DNA of 64,000 bases from Spirochaetia bacterium. GTDB taxonomy: Bacteria > Spirochaetota > Spirochaetia > DSM-27196 > Salinispiraceae. Positions 1 through 9,854 of this stretch are shown here, piece by piece. The stretch lies in assembly GCA_038204425.1 (NCBI GenBank), contig JBBRCZ010000002.1:96001-160000 (forward strand), written 5' to 3'. Both the position numbers and the translations under genes were made by a program. Every line of letters begins with the position of its first letter. Within the stretch, counting starts at the first letter, position 1. A model generated the notes under the pieces. That model had not been told where the DNA came from and ran no database searches. It was given only the letters and a program-made list of their open reading frames with translations.

Positions 1-403
1 CTTCAACCCACTGTAGTGCCGCGTTGGCTGTTATCAAGTCCAGGCCCTCTGGCACGGGGTTTGCTTGCCCTCGCAATGTCTGATAGCTTTCGAAATTGCT
101 AGCGTCGCCTTCTAAAAACTGGCTTATATAGGCTAGTGAATACAGATTTGGTGGAATCAACAAATCGTTTACGGCCAAAAATGCCGGTTGCAAGGCTTGC
201 TGGACAAGTTGCGTATAAAAACCAGTACCGCAGCCAAGCTCTAAGACCTTGAGCCCATGGGTTTTTAGGGCCAAGCTTGCCATACTTGTCAAAAGTAAGT
301 CCAACAAGTTTTGTGCCATAGTTTTTTGCACGCTGGCATGCTCGTCATAACTTTGCCAGCTCTTGCCAAAGCGTTGTTTTAATAGTTGTGTGTCAATTGG
401 CAA
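1..403 (-). CDS. bioC: Malonyl-ACP O-methyltransferase BioC (N-terminal part; runs off the window edge)
   Basis: Manual translation from TTG at 403: MPIDTQLLKQRFGKSWQSYDEHASVQKTMAQ...VLELGCGTG (SAM-binding motif I). Lies directly downstream of bioG. Confidence 0.85.
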   Translation of the reverse strand, partial: MPIDTQLLKQRFGKSWQSYDEHASVQKTMAQNLLDLLLTSMASLALKTHGLKVLELGCGTGFYTQLVQQALQPAFLAVNDLLIPPNLYSLAYISQFLEGDASNFESYQTLRGQANPVPEGLDLITANAALQWVE

Positions 404-1076
404 CGATGTCCCTCCAACAAGAAAGTACATCAAACAGATAGTGAGCACCCTCCACCTCTTGGATGGTTGTTAACCCCTGCCAGGCCAGTTTCTGGTTGCT
501 TGGTCGCACAATCTGGTCGCGTGTAGCAACAATGGCCTTGTCAAATAAGCCCCGTCCACGTTCTGGTGACACGTAATCGGCGCTGGATTGGTGTTTAAGA
601 ATTTGCTCTTGCAAATAGCAAAGCTCTTGGTGCTGCTCAATGCGCACTCGTTGTGGAAAAAGCCAAGGCCGTTCTGCAAATACATTTTGATAGAAGCCCG
701 CTTGACCTGCGCCGCTTGGATCTGCAAAAGCTGCTACCGTGGCCGCAAAAATGGGCAAGGCAATACCTCTTTGTCTGTCGATTGGAAACAATGTACCATT
801 GATGGCGACTCGCATGCCGCGTTTGGCCACAAAATGGTGCGCAAGTAGACTATAGACCCAGACACCAAGTGACCAGGCCAGAACATCAATGCTAGGATAG
901 CTGTTTATTTGCTCTAGCGTTTCTTGATCTAACTGCAATGATCGGTAGTCCTGCAGGATAACTAGGTCGTGCTCAGGTGCGCTTAGGCCCGAGAGCGACA
1001 CCTGATCCATGCCAAAACCGTTAAACACCACAAGTAGTGATCTTGCTCTACCTTTTGCAATCCAAACTGCCTTCAT
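393..1076 (-). CDS. bioG: Pimeloyl-ACP methyl ester esterase, BioG (DUF452) family
   Basis: FNGFG, DYR, AWSLG (nucleophile), AINGT and C-terminal HY motifs. ATG at 1076 overlaps the bioF stop (ATGA). Confidence 0.8.
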   Translation of the reverse strand: MKAVWIAKGRARSLLVVFNGFGMDQVSLSGLSAPEHDLVILQDYRSLQLDQETLEQINSYPSIDVLAWSLGVWVYSLLAHHFVAKRGMRVAINGTLFPIDRQRGIALPIFAATVAAFADPSGAGQAGFYQNVFAERPWLFPQRVRIEQHQELCYLQEQILKHQSSADYVSPERGRGLFDKAIVATRDQIVRPSNQKLAWQGLTTIQEVEGAHYLFDVLSCWRDIVAN

Positions 1077-2242
1077 CGTGCCAACCAATCCTTGGCCCAG
1101 CCGCACAATAGAGCAAGATCCGCGTCAGTCATGTCTGCCCGCAAAGAAAAGCGCAATCGACAAGTCCCCTCAAGAACCGTTGGTGGACGTACCGGCAAAG
1201 CCAGCATGCCAGCGTTCAGACAGTCCTGCCAGGCGAGTATGACCTGCTGCTCACTGCCGACGATTAAGGGAACAATCGGGCTTTGGCCTTGCTGCCCAAG
1301 GGCGCGTGCAAAACTTTGGGCCAGCTCTCTGACGCGCTGACGCAAGAGGCCAAAACGCCCTCGTTGCGCAAAAATAAAGCTGTTCCAAGCCACAGAAAAA
1401 GGCGGCAGACAAGTGCTGTAAATTAACGGTCTCGATCGATTGATTAGCAGATCTTTGATGCTTTGTTGAGCAATCACAAAAGCACCCATTGAGGCCCAAG
1501 CCTTGCCCCAGGTGCCTATCAGAAGGTCTACCTCTGAGACTAGTCCCAGTTCGCTTGCTAGACCAAGTCCCTCAGGGCCAAGCAATCCACAGGCATGGGC
1601 TTCGTCCAGATAAAGCAAGGCCTGATACTTGTTTTTGAGAGCAATCAAATCTGCTAGAGCGGCACGGTCGCCATCCATGCTAAAGATGCTTTCGGTCAGA
1701 ACAAAAGCGCGCTTAAACTTATGGCGATGTTTGGCTAGCAGTAAGTCAAGGTGGCATAGATCCGCATGATGATAGCGAAAAAATTGTGCGCCGCTCAGTT
1801 TGAGACCGTCAATCATACTAGCATGGATTAGTTTGTCAGCAAAGACAACGTCACCGACAGCACTCAAAGTTGGCAGTATACCAAGGTTGGCATGGTAGCC
1901 AGAATTAAACAGCAGCGCCGGTCGGCCGTAGGCTTGTTCTAGTTGATCTTCTAAGGCCAGCTGAGCTTGATCAGCGCCCGCCATGAGACGGCTGGCGGTA
2001 GAACCGGCCGCAATCTGCTCGATCTTGTCCTGATGTGTTGCCAAAAACTGTCTTTGCAAAGCTTGGTCAGTACCGAGTCCCAAATAGTCGTTGGAGCTGC
2101 AATTGAGGTAGTTCTTACCTTGCCAGCTGAGTTGACTGCCAGTACGCAGTCCAAAGTCTCGCAGTTGACGCTGTTTGCCTTGCTTTGCCAAATCGGCAAC
2201 TTGCATTTGGAATTCGTCCAAGGTTTCCTTAATGGTAATCAT
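1073..2242 (-). CDS. bioF: 8-amino-7-oxononanoate synthase
   Basis: SSNDYLGLG, SGYHAN, HASMIDG, ESIFSMDGD, DEAHA, GTWGKA (PLP Lys), RPPTV motifs. Confidence 0.95.
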   Translation of the reverse strand: MITIKETLDEFQMQVADLAKQGKQRQLRDFGLRTGSQLSWQGKNYLNCSSNDYLGLGTDQALQRQFLATHQDKIEQIAAGSTASRLMAGADQAQLALEDQLEQAYGRPALLFNSGYHANLGILPTLSAVGDVVFADKLIHASMIDGLKLSGAQFFRYHHADLCHLDLLLAKHRHKFKRAFVLTESIFSMDGDRAALADLIALKNKYQALLYLDEAHACGLLGPEGLGLASELGLVSEVDLLIGTWGKAWASMGAFVIAQQSIKDLLINRSRPLIYSTCLPPFSVAWNSFIFAQRGRFGLLRQRVRELAQSFARALGQQGQSPIVPLIVGSEQQVILAWQDCLNAGMLALPVRPPTVLEGTCRLRFSLRADMTDADLALLCGWAKDWLAR

Positions 2243-3606
2243 GCGTACTCGGCGACGGTGTGTCGAATTACATCAAGACTTCGCTTCATAATTTCTTTGA
2301 TTTGTTTTTTGTTGACCGAAAGCGGCAAAAACCAATAGATGCTGTCTCCCAACGGTCGCAAAACCAGGCCGTGTTTAAGTGACTTTCTATAAATTTTTTG
2401 GCCAATATGCACATCAGGCGCAAAACTCTGATTGCGCGACTTGGACTTTACAATATCTACAGCACCAATTAGACCAAGGTGGCGCACATCACCAATATGA
2501 TCTTCCTCGTAAGAGTGGGTAAGCAACTGGGCAAAGATCTTGGCAGGTTCAATCATTTGCTCCAGTGTATGTTCTTTGTCAAAGAGTTTTAGACTGGCAA
2601 GCGCCACGGCACACGAAATTGGATTGGCAGTGTAGCTGTGACCATGAAAAAATGTCTTGGTTGCTGCATCGCCCTCAAAGGCCTGAGCAACGCTTTTGCT
2701 GGTGATGGTTAGTGCCAGCGGCAGCAGGCCACCAGTTATGCCTTTAGAAACACACAAAAAATCTGGAGTCACGCCGCATTGGTTTAAAGCAAACATAGAA
2801 CCAGTGCGACCAAAGCCAGTGGCAACTTCATCAAAGATTACAAATACCTGGTGGGAGCGAGCTAACTGGGCCAGTTCTTGCAACCATGCAGCACAGTAGA
2901 CCTGCATGCCGCCAACACATTGAATCAAGGGTTCGACGATGACCGCACATAGGCTTGAGCCATGGATGAAAAAAAACTGTCTTAGTTTTTCTATTGATTC
3001 AGCGCTCGCGGGGGAGTTAACAACGTTGCCGGTGCTGCCATCAGGCTGACTTGGTGGAGTGGGGAAGTCCATTCTCTGAGCTGAGAATCGCAAAGCGTCG
3101 TAGACCTTATGAAATTGGTCTATGCCGCCAACGCTCATGGCACCCAACGTGTCTCCGTGGTAAGCATTGGTCAAGTAGGCAAAGCCGTGGCGGCCTTCTA
3201 TAGCTTGATTGGTAAAAAATTGAAAAGCCATCTTTAGCGCTACTTCAATTGCAGTCGATCCGTTGTCAGAAAAAAAGAACTTTTGGAGCTGGGGGGGGAG
3301 TTTTTGCATCAGCGCGTCAACAAGCTCGCAAGCTGGTCTATGGGTAAATCCAGAAAAATTGACATGATCTAGGCGGCGAGCTTGGCGCGACACAGCCCGA
3401 GTCAAAGTGGGATGGCCATGTCCGTGGACGTTGGTCCACCAGGAAGCAATAGTGTCGTAGTAGCGCTTGCCGCGCTTGTCGTAGAGAAAGATGCCACGTG
3501 CGCGTTCGATCACTAAGGGTTCTAAGTTTTCAAAGTCTTTATGTTGGGTAAAGGGATGCCAAATATGATTGCTGTCAATTGCTTGGATTTTTTTTGTGGT
3601 CATCAA
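2239..3606 (-). CDS. bioA: Adenosylmethionine-8-amino-7-oxononanoate aminotransferase
   Basis: IWHPFTQ, ASWW, SDNGSTAIEVALKMA, YHGDT, DEVATGFGRTG, SKGITGG, HGHSYTANP motifs. Confidence 0.95.
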   Translation of the reverse strand: MMTTKKIQAIDSNHIWHPFTQHKDFENLEPLVIERARGIFLYDKRGKRYYDTIASWWTNVHGHGHPTLTRAVSRQARRLDHVNFSGFTHRPACELVDALMQKLPPQLQKFFFSDNGSTAIEVALKMAFQFFTNQAIEGRHGFAYLTNAYHGDTLGAMSVGGIDQFHKVYDALRFSAQRMDFPTPPSQPDGSTGNVVNSPASAESIEKLRQFFFIHGSSLCAVIVEPLIQCVGGMQVYCAAWLQELAQLARSHQVFVIFDEVATGFGRTGSMFALNQCGVTPDFLCVSKGITGGLLPLALTITSKSVAQAFEGDAATKTFFHGHSYTANPISCAVALASLKLFDKEHTLEQMIEPAKIFAQLLTHSYEEDHIGDVRHLGLIGAVDIVKSKSRNQSFAPDVHIGQKIYRKSLKHGLVLRPLGDSIYWFLPLSVNKKQIKEIMKRSLDVIRHTVAEYA

Positions 3607-3612
3607 GCAGCG

Positions 3613-3641
3613 ATGCTATAGTCCAATTTAGTATTTGTCAA
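3613..3641 (-). promoter_or_regulatory. sigma70-like promoter of the bio operon, probably leaderless
   Basis: Minus strand TTGACA-N17-TAGCAT, 6 nt before the TTG/ATG start. No SD. Confidence 0.6.
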
Positions 3642-3792
3642 CAATCTGCTGGCTTGATTGGTTTGGCTTGAAAAATACTTGAAACAAAAATTGCCGCACA
3701 ACGACTAAAAATGCCCAAAAAAAAGACCCTTCCAAAATTAATTGAAAGGATCTATTTCTAAAAAGATAGAGACCGATGAGGGTCTTTATATT

Positions 3793-4086
3793 CTAGTAGC
3801 GACCACCACCGCCGCCGCCACCGCCACGGTTAAAACCACCACGGTCACTGCGCTCTGCACGAGGACGTGCTTCGTTAACAGTTAATGGACGACCATCAAC
3901 GTTCTTGCCATTGTTTTCATCAATAGCTGCCTGAAGGTTTTCTTCAGGAATCTCAACAAAGGCAAAACCCTTGTCACCGATAACGCGAACTTCGCCGATT
4001 GGGCCGTGTGCTGCAAAAAGTGACCTGATGGTACTTTCGGTTGTGCTATAGGCCATGTTGCCTACGTACATTGATTTATTTGCCAT
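3793..4086 (-). CDS. RRM (RNP-1) RNA-binding protein with Gly-rich tail
   Basis: MYVGNM (RNP2), KGFAFVEI (RNP1), LTVNEARPR, GGGGG tail. Confidence 0.92.
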   Translation of the reverse strand: MANKSMYVGNMAYSTTESTIRSLFAAHGPIGEVRVIGDKGFAFVEIPEENLQAAIDENNGKNVDGRPLTVNEARPRAERSDRGGFNRGGGGGGGGRY

Positions 4087-4415
4087 GATATATGACTTCC
4101 TTCCGGGACGAGCCCGACTACACTAACAACAGGACCAACATAGCTGCTGGCCTGCGGGGTTCGGTCAATCACTGTAGGAAGTTTTTTCTACGGGACGTAC
4201 GATAACACCGGTACTGAAGCTTGGTAGTACCTGCCACTGTTTAATTTTTGGTTTAGCAGGTGCTTCGAACATACTGCATTGCGTAGACTATGCCTACCGA
4301 TATTTGAAAAATAAACCTGAAAGTGAAGAAAAGTTAGAAAAAGCCCACCAAGTTTGCCATTTTTTGACAAATTGGGGCCCTTTTCGCGTAAAGCACAAGC
4401 TGATAGACTGCCGAC

Positions 4416-4982
4416 ATGGTCAAATTTCTTACGAGCGCTACCCGTCCCGAGCACTATCCAGCCACGGGTTTGCCTGAGATTGCTTTTTATGGCAAGTCAA
4501 ATACGGGCAAATCAACCCTCATTAATCAAGTTGTTAGGCGTAAGGATTTAGTTAAAACTGGTTCACGACCGGGCATGACCCAATTGATCAACTTCTTTCA
4601 AGTGGAAGAAGACTATGTCTTGGCCGACTTGCCAGGCTACGGATATGCCAAGGTACCAGAAGCAATACGCAAGGGTTTTAAACCCATGATAGATGAGTAC
4701 TTTTTGACTCGAGAGACATTAAAGCTCGTTTTGCTTTTGCTCGATGTTCGGCGAACTCCGGGTGACAGTGAGCGTGAGATTGTTGCTATGCTTGCAAGTA
4801 GGCATATAAAAACAGCCCTAGTTATTACCAAAGCCGACAAAGTCTCAGGCAACGAACTTGTCAAACAAGTCAAATTGATTGCTGCTGCCTTTGGCTTGCC
4901 AGCGGGTGACTTCGTTGTGACCTCTTCTTTGGCCAAAAAAGGAATTTCTGAGCTTCACACATTAATCCGCAGTTCTATTTGA
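4416..4982 (+). CDS. engB: Ribosome biogenesis GTP-binding protein YihA/YsxC
   Basis: GKSNTGKS, PGMTQ, DLPGYGYA, TKADK motifs. Confidence 0.93.
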   Translation: MVKFLTSATRPEHYPATGLPEIAFYGKSNTGKSTLINQVVRRKDLVKTGSRPGMTQLINFFQVEEDYVLADLPGYGYAKVPEAIRKGFKPMIDEYFLTRETLKLVLLLLDVRRTPGDSEREIVAMLASRHIKTALVITKADKVSGNELVKQVKLIAAAFGLPAGDFVVTSSLAKKGISELHTLIRSSI

Positions 4983-5006
4983 GCTGCGTACTATAAATCC
5001 TCTCAG

Positions 5007-5801
5007 TTAATCCGCTCTATCCATCAGGTCTATTGTGCGCATGTCGGCCTGACTGAGGTCAAAGTCAAAAATATCAAAGTTGTGCTCCAAGTGTGTCAGA
5101 TCGCTCGCTTTGGGGATGCTCACCAGGCCGCGCTGTATTTGCCAGCGAAGCACAACTTGTGAGGCAAGTTTTTGGTGCTTGTTGGCCACGCTTACGATAG
5201 CTGCTTCGTACAAACATTGGCCTCTTGCCAGCGGCGACCACGCACAAACTTTAATTTGATGGTCTTGACAAAATTTTAGCAACGCTGGTCGCTGCAGATA
5301 GGGGTTAAATTCTATCTGATTTATAAGTGGCATATGCTTGGCACTTGTCATAACTTGTTTAAGATCGTCTTGAGCAAAGTTAGAAACACCAATGCTCTTA
5401 AGTTGACCTGCCTCGTAAGCTTCTTCCAAAGCTCGCCAAGACTGGGTAAAAAGGCCACGTATCGGCCAGTGAATTAGATAAAGGTCTATAGCACCGAGTC
5501 CAAGTGCAGCTTGGCTTTTTTGAATGGCTAGCTTAGCTTGAGGGTAACCTTGCTCGCTATTCCATAGTTTGCTGACTACGAAGATCTCTTGGCGTTTGAC
5601 CAGACCTTGCGCAATTGCCTTGCGGATAGCTGCCCCCAAAATTGCTTCGTTTTGATAGAAGGCTGCCGTGTCAAAGTGTCGATAGCCAAGGGTTATGGCT
5701 CGCAAGACTACCGTCTCCATCTGCTCCGCATTGGTGATCTTATAAGTGCCAAGTCCCAGTTGTGGGATCTTGCTGCCGTTGCCGAGCTCGAGATGCTCCA
5801 T
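5007..5801 (-). CDS. Aldo/keto reductase
   Basis: LGLGTY, GYRHFDTAAFYQNE, SKLWN, DLYLIHWP, IGVSNF, WSPL, IPKAS motifs. Start trimmed to MEHLEL. Confidence 0.92.
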   Translation of the reverse strand: MEHLELGNGSKIPQLGLGTYKITNAEQMETVVLRAITLGYRHFDTAAFYQNEAILGAAIRKAIAQGLVKRQEIFVVSKLWNSEQGYPQAKLAIQKSQAALGLGAIDLYLIHWPIRGLFTQSWRALEEAYEAGQLKSIGVSNFAQDDLKQVMTSAKHMPLINQIEFNPYLQRPALLKFCQDHQIKVCAWSPLARGQCLYEAAIVSVANKHQKLASQVVLRWQIQRGLVSIPKASDLTHLEHNFDIFDFDLSQADMRTIDLMDRAD

Positions 5802-5802
5802 A

Positions 5803-6696
5803 CTATAAATACAGGCTTGAGACTCGGTGGCCGGGGCTGTGTTCTCGCAAGGCGGGATAGTCATCAGCTTGCTTAAGCTGGCTGCTTTGCCAATCGGGGC
5901 CAACTTTTGAGGCTTCGCTGAGCTTAGGAACACTGGCAAACAAATACTGAGTGTAGGGGTGCTGGGGATGCTTCCAGAGCTGCTCGGCGGGGGCTTCTTC
6001 CATCAAAAGACCTGCGTACATGACACCAACCCTGTCACACAGATAGTTGACTACGGCTAGGTCATGAGCAATAAAAATTATAGTCAGCTGCAACTCTTTG
6101 CGCAGCCGCATCAACAAGCTAAGGATTTGGCCTTGAATGCTGACGTCCAAGGCGCTTACAACTTCATCGCAGATCAAAATATCAGGACGGCTCATTATTG
6201 CCCGCGCAATGCTTATGCGCTGACGCTGCCCACCCGAAAAATCCCCGGGCCGTCGAGACAAGTCTTGGGCCCTGAGTCCAACCGCAGATAGCGCTTCCAG
6301 AGCTTGCTCTTTGAGTTCCTTTTTGGATTTGGCATCAGGTTCATAACGGGGACCACTAGTTAGAATGTCCAGAACGCTCATACGCGCATTGAGTGAACGC
6401 GCTGGATCTTGGAAGACATATCTAACCCTGCGGCGCCAGTTTTTAAGTTCTTCACCCTTTAATCGGCATATATCCACTTGGTCAAAAAAAATGCTGCCAG
6501 CGCTCGGTTCGACTAGTCTGACCAACATACGCGCTAAAGTTGTTTTTCCACATCCCGATTCGCCTACCAAGCCGTAGATTTCGCCTTTGTTAACGGTAAG
6601 GTCTATGCCACGCACTGCTTGTACCCATTCGCCAGCCCGTGCAAAAAATCCCGCTTGTAGCGGATACTGCTTCTTCAAGCCCTGCAGTTTAAGCAT
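5803..6696 (-). CDS. Oligopeptide/dipeptide ABC transporter ATP-binding protein (OppF-like)
   Basis: GESGCGKT, FSGGQRQR, ICDE, HPYT motifs. Start trimmed to MLKLQ. Confidence 0.9.
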   Translation of the reverse strand: MLKLQGLKKQYPLQAGFFARAGEWVQAVRGIDLTVNKGEIYGLVGESGCGKTTLARMLVRLVEPSAGSIFFDQVDICRLKGEELKNWRRRVRYVFQDPARSLNARMSVLDILTSGPRYEPDAKSKKELKEQALEALSAVGLRAQDLSRRPGDFSGGQRQRISIARAIMSRPDILICDEVVSALDVSIQGQILSLLMRLRKELQLTIIFIAHDLAVVNYLCDRVGVMYAGLLMEEAPAEQLWKHPQHPYTQYLFASVPKLSEASKVGPDWQSSQLKQADDYPALREHSPGHRVSSLYL

Positions 6697-7684
6697 TTTT
6701 AACTCCCCTATCTGACAGACCAAGATCGTTTGAAACAATAGGACAGCGCAGGCCATCGATCATCGCAGGTAGTTTTTGTGTGCAGCTTTCTTGGGCCAGC
6801 TCACAACGCGGCGCAAACGGGCAGCCCGGTTCTGGTCGCAGCGGATCCGGCGTGCGTCCGCTGACTTCGCGCAAAACCTTGTTGCTGGGACGATCACCCG
6901 GCTGGATAAGTGAGTTGAGTAAAAACCTACTATAGGGATGTTGAGGCGTATAAAGCAACTTTTGGGCCGGGGCGGATTCCATGCTAAGGGCAGAGTACAT
7001 AACCGTTATCTTATCGGCAAAGCCAGAAAGTAGCGCCAAATTGTGAGTGATAAAAAGCACCGACAATGAGCGGCTTTTGCGAAGGCTCTGAATCAGCTCA
7101 ACGATTTGAGCTTGGATAGTGACGTCCAAGGCAGTTGTGGGTTCGTCAGCAATAAGCAGACGAGGCTGATTAGCTAAAGCAAGAGCTATCATGATGCGCT
7201 GCAGCATACCGCCGGAAAACTGGTGAGGGTAGTTTTTGATACGACTAGCAGCCTGAGAAATAGCGACTTCGTCCATCAAAGCCAAGCTTTTGCTGCGAAC
7301 CTCTGCGTCAGTCATATGCTTGTCATGGGCGCGAAAAGTCTCCGCAAATGTCTTTTCTATAGTATAGAGTTGGTCAAAGCTGCGTCCGGGTTCTTGAAAA
7401 ATCATAGCTATTTCTTTGCCGCGCAAAGAGCGCATAGCTTCTTGGCCTAGACTGGCAAGATCCTTACCATCATAGACGATAGAACCACTGGCAATCCGTC
7501 CGTTGCTCGGCAATAGACCCATTATAGCCAGACTGGTCACGCTTTTTCCTGAGCCGCTTTCGCCGACTATGCCCAAGCATTCACCCTCTTGCATGGTCAA
7601 GTCAAGATTGCGCACCGCCTTGAGCGTCCCTTGGGAGGTGCTAAAGTCAACACTCAGGTCTTTGATTTCTAGTAGCAAGCTCAT
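6689..7684 (-). CDS. Oligopeptide/dipeptide ABC transporter ATP-binding protein (OppD-like)
   Basis: GESGSGKS, YPHQFSGGM, ADEPTTALD, GCPFAPRC motifs. Confidence 0.92.
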   Translation of the reverse strand: MSLLLEIKDLSVDFSTSQGTLKAVRNLDLTMQEGECLGIVGESGSGKSVTSLAIMGLLPSNGRIASGSIVYDGKDLASLGQEAMRSLRGKEIAMIFQEPGRSFDQLYTIEKTFAETFRAHDKHMTDAEVRSKSLALMDEVAISQAASRIKNYPHQFSGGMLQRIMIALALANQPRLLIADEPTTALDVTIQAQIVELIQSLRKSRSLSVLFITHNLALLSGFADKITVMYSALSMESAPAQKLLYTPQHPYSRFLLNSLIQPGDRPSNKVLREVSGRTPDPLRPEPGCPFAPRCELAQESCTQKLPAMIDGLRCPIVSNDLGLSDRGVKNA

Positions 7685-8751
7685 GCGTCTCGCCTCCCAA
7701 TGGCATGAAAAGGATCAAGATAATCGCGCATCCATTCGCCCAAAAAGGTAAAGCTGATGCTGACCAAAATCAAAACCACGCCCGGCCAAATGAGCCATGG
7801 AAAGCTGAGTAGGTTGGCCAAGGTGGTAAAGTCTCGGCTAATCATACTGCCCCAGCTAACTGCAGGGTCGGTTATACCCAATCCGAGGTAGGACAAGACC
7901 GTTTCACCCAGGATAAAGCCCGGGATAGAAAGGGCAAAGCTAACAATCAAAAGACTGCTCATTTGCGGCAAAATATGGCGCCAGAGAATAATGCGCGCCG
8001 GCACTCCCGACAGACGAGCTTCTTCGACAAACTCTTCATTTTTATAGGCATGCACCATACCGCGGATCATGCGGGCCGTGCCTGGCCAACCGACAAGACT
8101 CAGAACCACGGTTATTAAGGCGTAGCTTTGCCCAGGATCCAAGTCGCGGCTAATAATTGAGCGCAAAAATAATATCAAGTACAGCCCAGGAATCAGGATT
8201 ATAAACTCGCTAAAACGCATCATTCCAGCATCAAAAAGGCCACCACGGTAGCCTGCTAAGCCACCCAAAGTTATGGCGATAAACAAGGCAAAAAAGCTGG
8301 CAAAAAAACCAACAGTTAAACTTATCCTCGAGCCAAAAAGTAGTCGCGAAAATATGTCCCGCCCCATACCATCGGCACCCATCAAATAAACAGGCTCAGC
8401 TGAGCTCGAACCAAACAACTTTACAGTTAAAGGGATTATTCCCCATAGTTTGTACTCGTTTACTTTTGGCAACAAAACAACGCGGCTGTGTTGGCCCTTA
8501 ACGCGCACATACCTAAAGCTGACTTTGTCTACCAAACCTTGCCCTTGTACCTGCGGTCCAAAGCCAAGTTTCTCTGAATGCCAACTGAGATTGGGTGGCA
8601 AAAAAGAGCGTTTGGCATCCATACGATCGGGAGCATAAGGTGCGATAAAGTCGGCAAAAATCATTAAAAAGTACAATAGAGCCAGTAGAAAAAATCCAGC
8701 GCACGCCAGCTTTCGTTGCCTAAGGTTGGAGAACCAAGATGAATGCTTCAT
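7681..8751 (-). CDS. Peptide ABC transporter permease (OppC-like)
   Basis: GADGMGRDIFSRL, GSRISL, EAA-like loop (EEARLSG), LSYLGLG. Confidence 0.9.
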   Translation of the reverse strand: MKHSSWFSNLRQRKLACAGFFLLALLYFLMIFADFIAPYAPDRMDAKRSFLPPNLSWHSEKLGFGPQVQGQGLVDKVSFRYVRVKGQHSRVVLLPKVNEYKLWGIIPLTVKLFGSSSAEPVYLMGADGMGRDIFSRLLFGSRISLTVGFFASFFALFIAITLGGLAGYRGGLFDAGMMRFSEFIILIPGLYLILFLRSIISRDLDPGQSYALITVVLSLVGWPGTARMIRGMVHAYKNEEFVEEARLSGVPARIILWRHILPQMSSLLIVSFALSIPGFILGETVLSYLGLGITDPAVSWGSMISRDFTTLANLLSFPWLIWPGVVLILVSISFTFLGEWMRDYLDPFHAIGRRDA

Positions 8752-9854
8752 GCTTTGTTTACCTTGCCAAACTTGATGCGTGGGTCAACAATTGCTAAGA
8801 GAATATCAGAAATTAACATGCCAACCAAAACCAAAAAGCTAGTAAAAAATAAGCTGGAAACTACCAAATTGATGTCTTCCTGTTTGACTGCTTCAAACAT
8901 TAGCCTTCCGATGCCAGGATAACCAAATATGATTTCCAACAGTAAGTTGCCACTAAAAAGTGCAGCCAAAAGATTGGCGCTTGAGGTAATGTAAGGATTC
9001 ATTGTATTGCGAAAAGCGTGCGCCCAGGTGATGCGGTTTTCGCTGATGCCTCTTGAACGCAGTGCCGTAATATAAGGTTGGCCGAGTTGGTCGAGCATAG
9101 TTGCTCTGACCGTACGCATAGTTCCGCCAATGCCACCAATAAAGGCGCCCAGCAGGGGCAAAAAAATGTGATGCAAGTAGCTAAATACAAATGGAATTGG
9201 CGCTTGCGAAAAGGGAAAGTCAGGGTAGGCGGTTACCGGAAAGAGTCGCGTAGATGCTGCAAAGAGCTGCAAAAGAATCATCAAGAGCAGACCGGGGAAA
9301 GCATTTAGAAACATGCCAGTTAAACCGGCCGCCACGTCCAACTTGGTACCGGCCTTGGCCGACAACCAGACTGCCAGAGCAAAGCTTGCAACGGTCAAAA
9401 CCAAGAGCGAAATCAGGTTGAGTACAAAGGAGTTGAGCATGCGATCAAGCAGCAAAAAGCTAACGGGAGCTCGACTAATCAGCGTCTTACCCAAGTCTCC
9501 TTGGAAGACTTTGCCAAGCCAGTTTAAGTACTGCTGCCAAAATGGTTTATCCAGTCCGAGTCGTTCCTTAAAGGCTGCCACCGACGCTTCGGTGTACTGA
9601 TTGTCATCCGAAGAAAAGTCTTGGTTGGTAAACATTTGACTTTTGACGTAATTGTCTACAATGTCCCCTGGTGCCAGACTCATCAAGCCAAATGTGGCCA
9701 GCCCCAAGAAAAAGAGCAGTATGCCTATGCCAAATGTTCTAATGACGATAAAACTCGCCAAAGGAAAGCGCTGTTTTAAACCCAAGAGACTCTTTAATAT
9801 GCCAAGCGATGGCCTATCGTTCTTGCTAGGCGGCTTAGGGTTTGAGGAAGACAT
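8748..9854 (-). CDS. Peptide ABC transporter permease (OppB-like)
   Basis: APGD, LGLDKP, GDLG, YITALRSRG, HAFRN, FGYPGIG motifs. Confidence 0.9.
   Translation of the reverse strand: MSSSNPKPPSKNDRPSLGILKSLLGLKQRFPLASFIVIRTFGIGILLFFLGLATFGLMSLAPGDIVDNYVKSQMFTNQDFSSDDNQYTEASVAAFKERLGLDKPFWQQYLNWLGKVFQGDLGKTLISRAPVSFLLLDRMLNSFVLNLISLLVLTVASFALAVWLSAKAGTKLDVAAGLTGMFLNAFPGLLLMILLQLFAASTRLFPVTAYPDFPFSQAPIPFVFSYLHHIFLPLLGAFIGGIGGTMRTVRATMLDQLGQPYITALRSRGISENRITWAHAFRNTMNPYITSSANLLAALFSGNLLLEIIFGYPGIGRLMFEAVKQEDINLVVSSLFFTSFLVLVGMLISDILLAIVDPRIKFGKVNKA

Noticed and set aside
3633..3665. Possible BirA operator
   Set aside because: Only one half-site, which is explained by the -35 hexamer.
4188..4454. 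88-aa minus-strand ORF between the RRM gene and engB
   Set aside because: Overlaps the engB start and divergent promoter region; no recognisable motifs.
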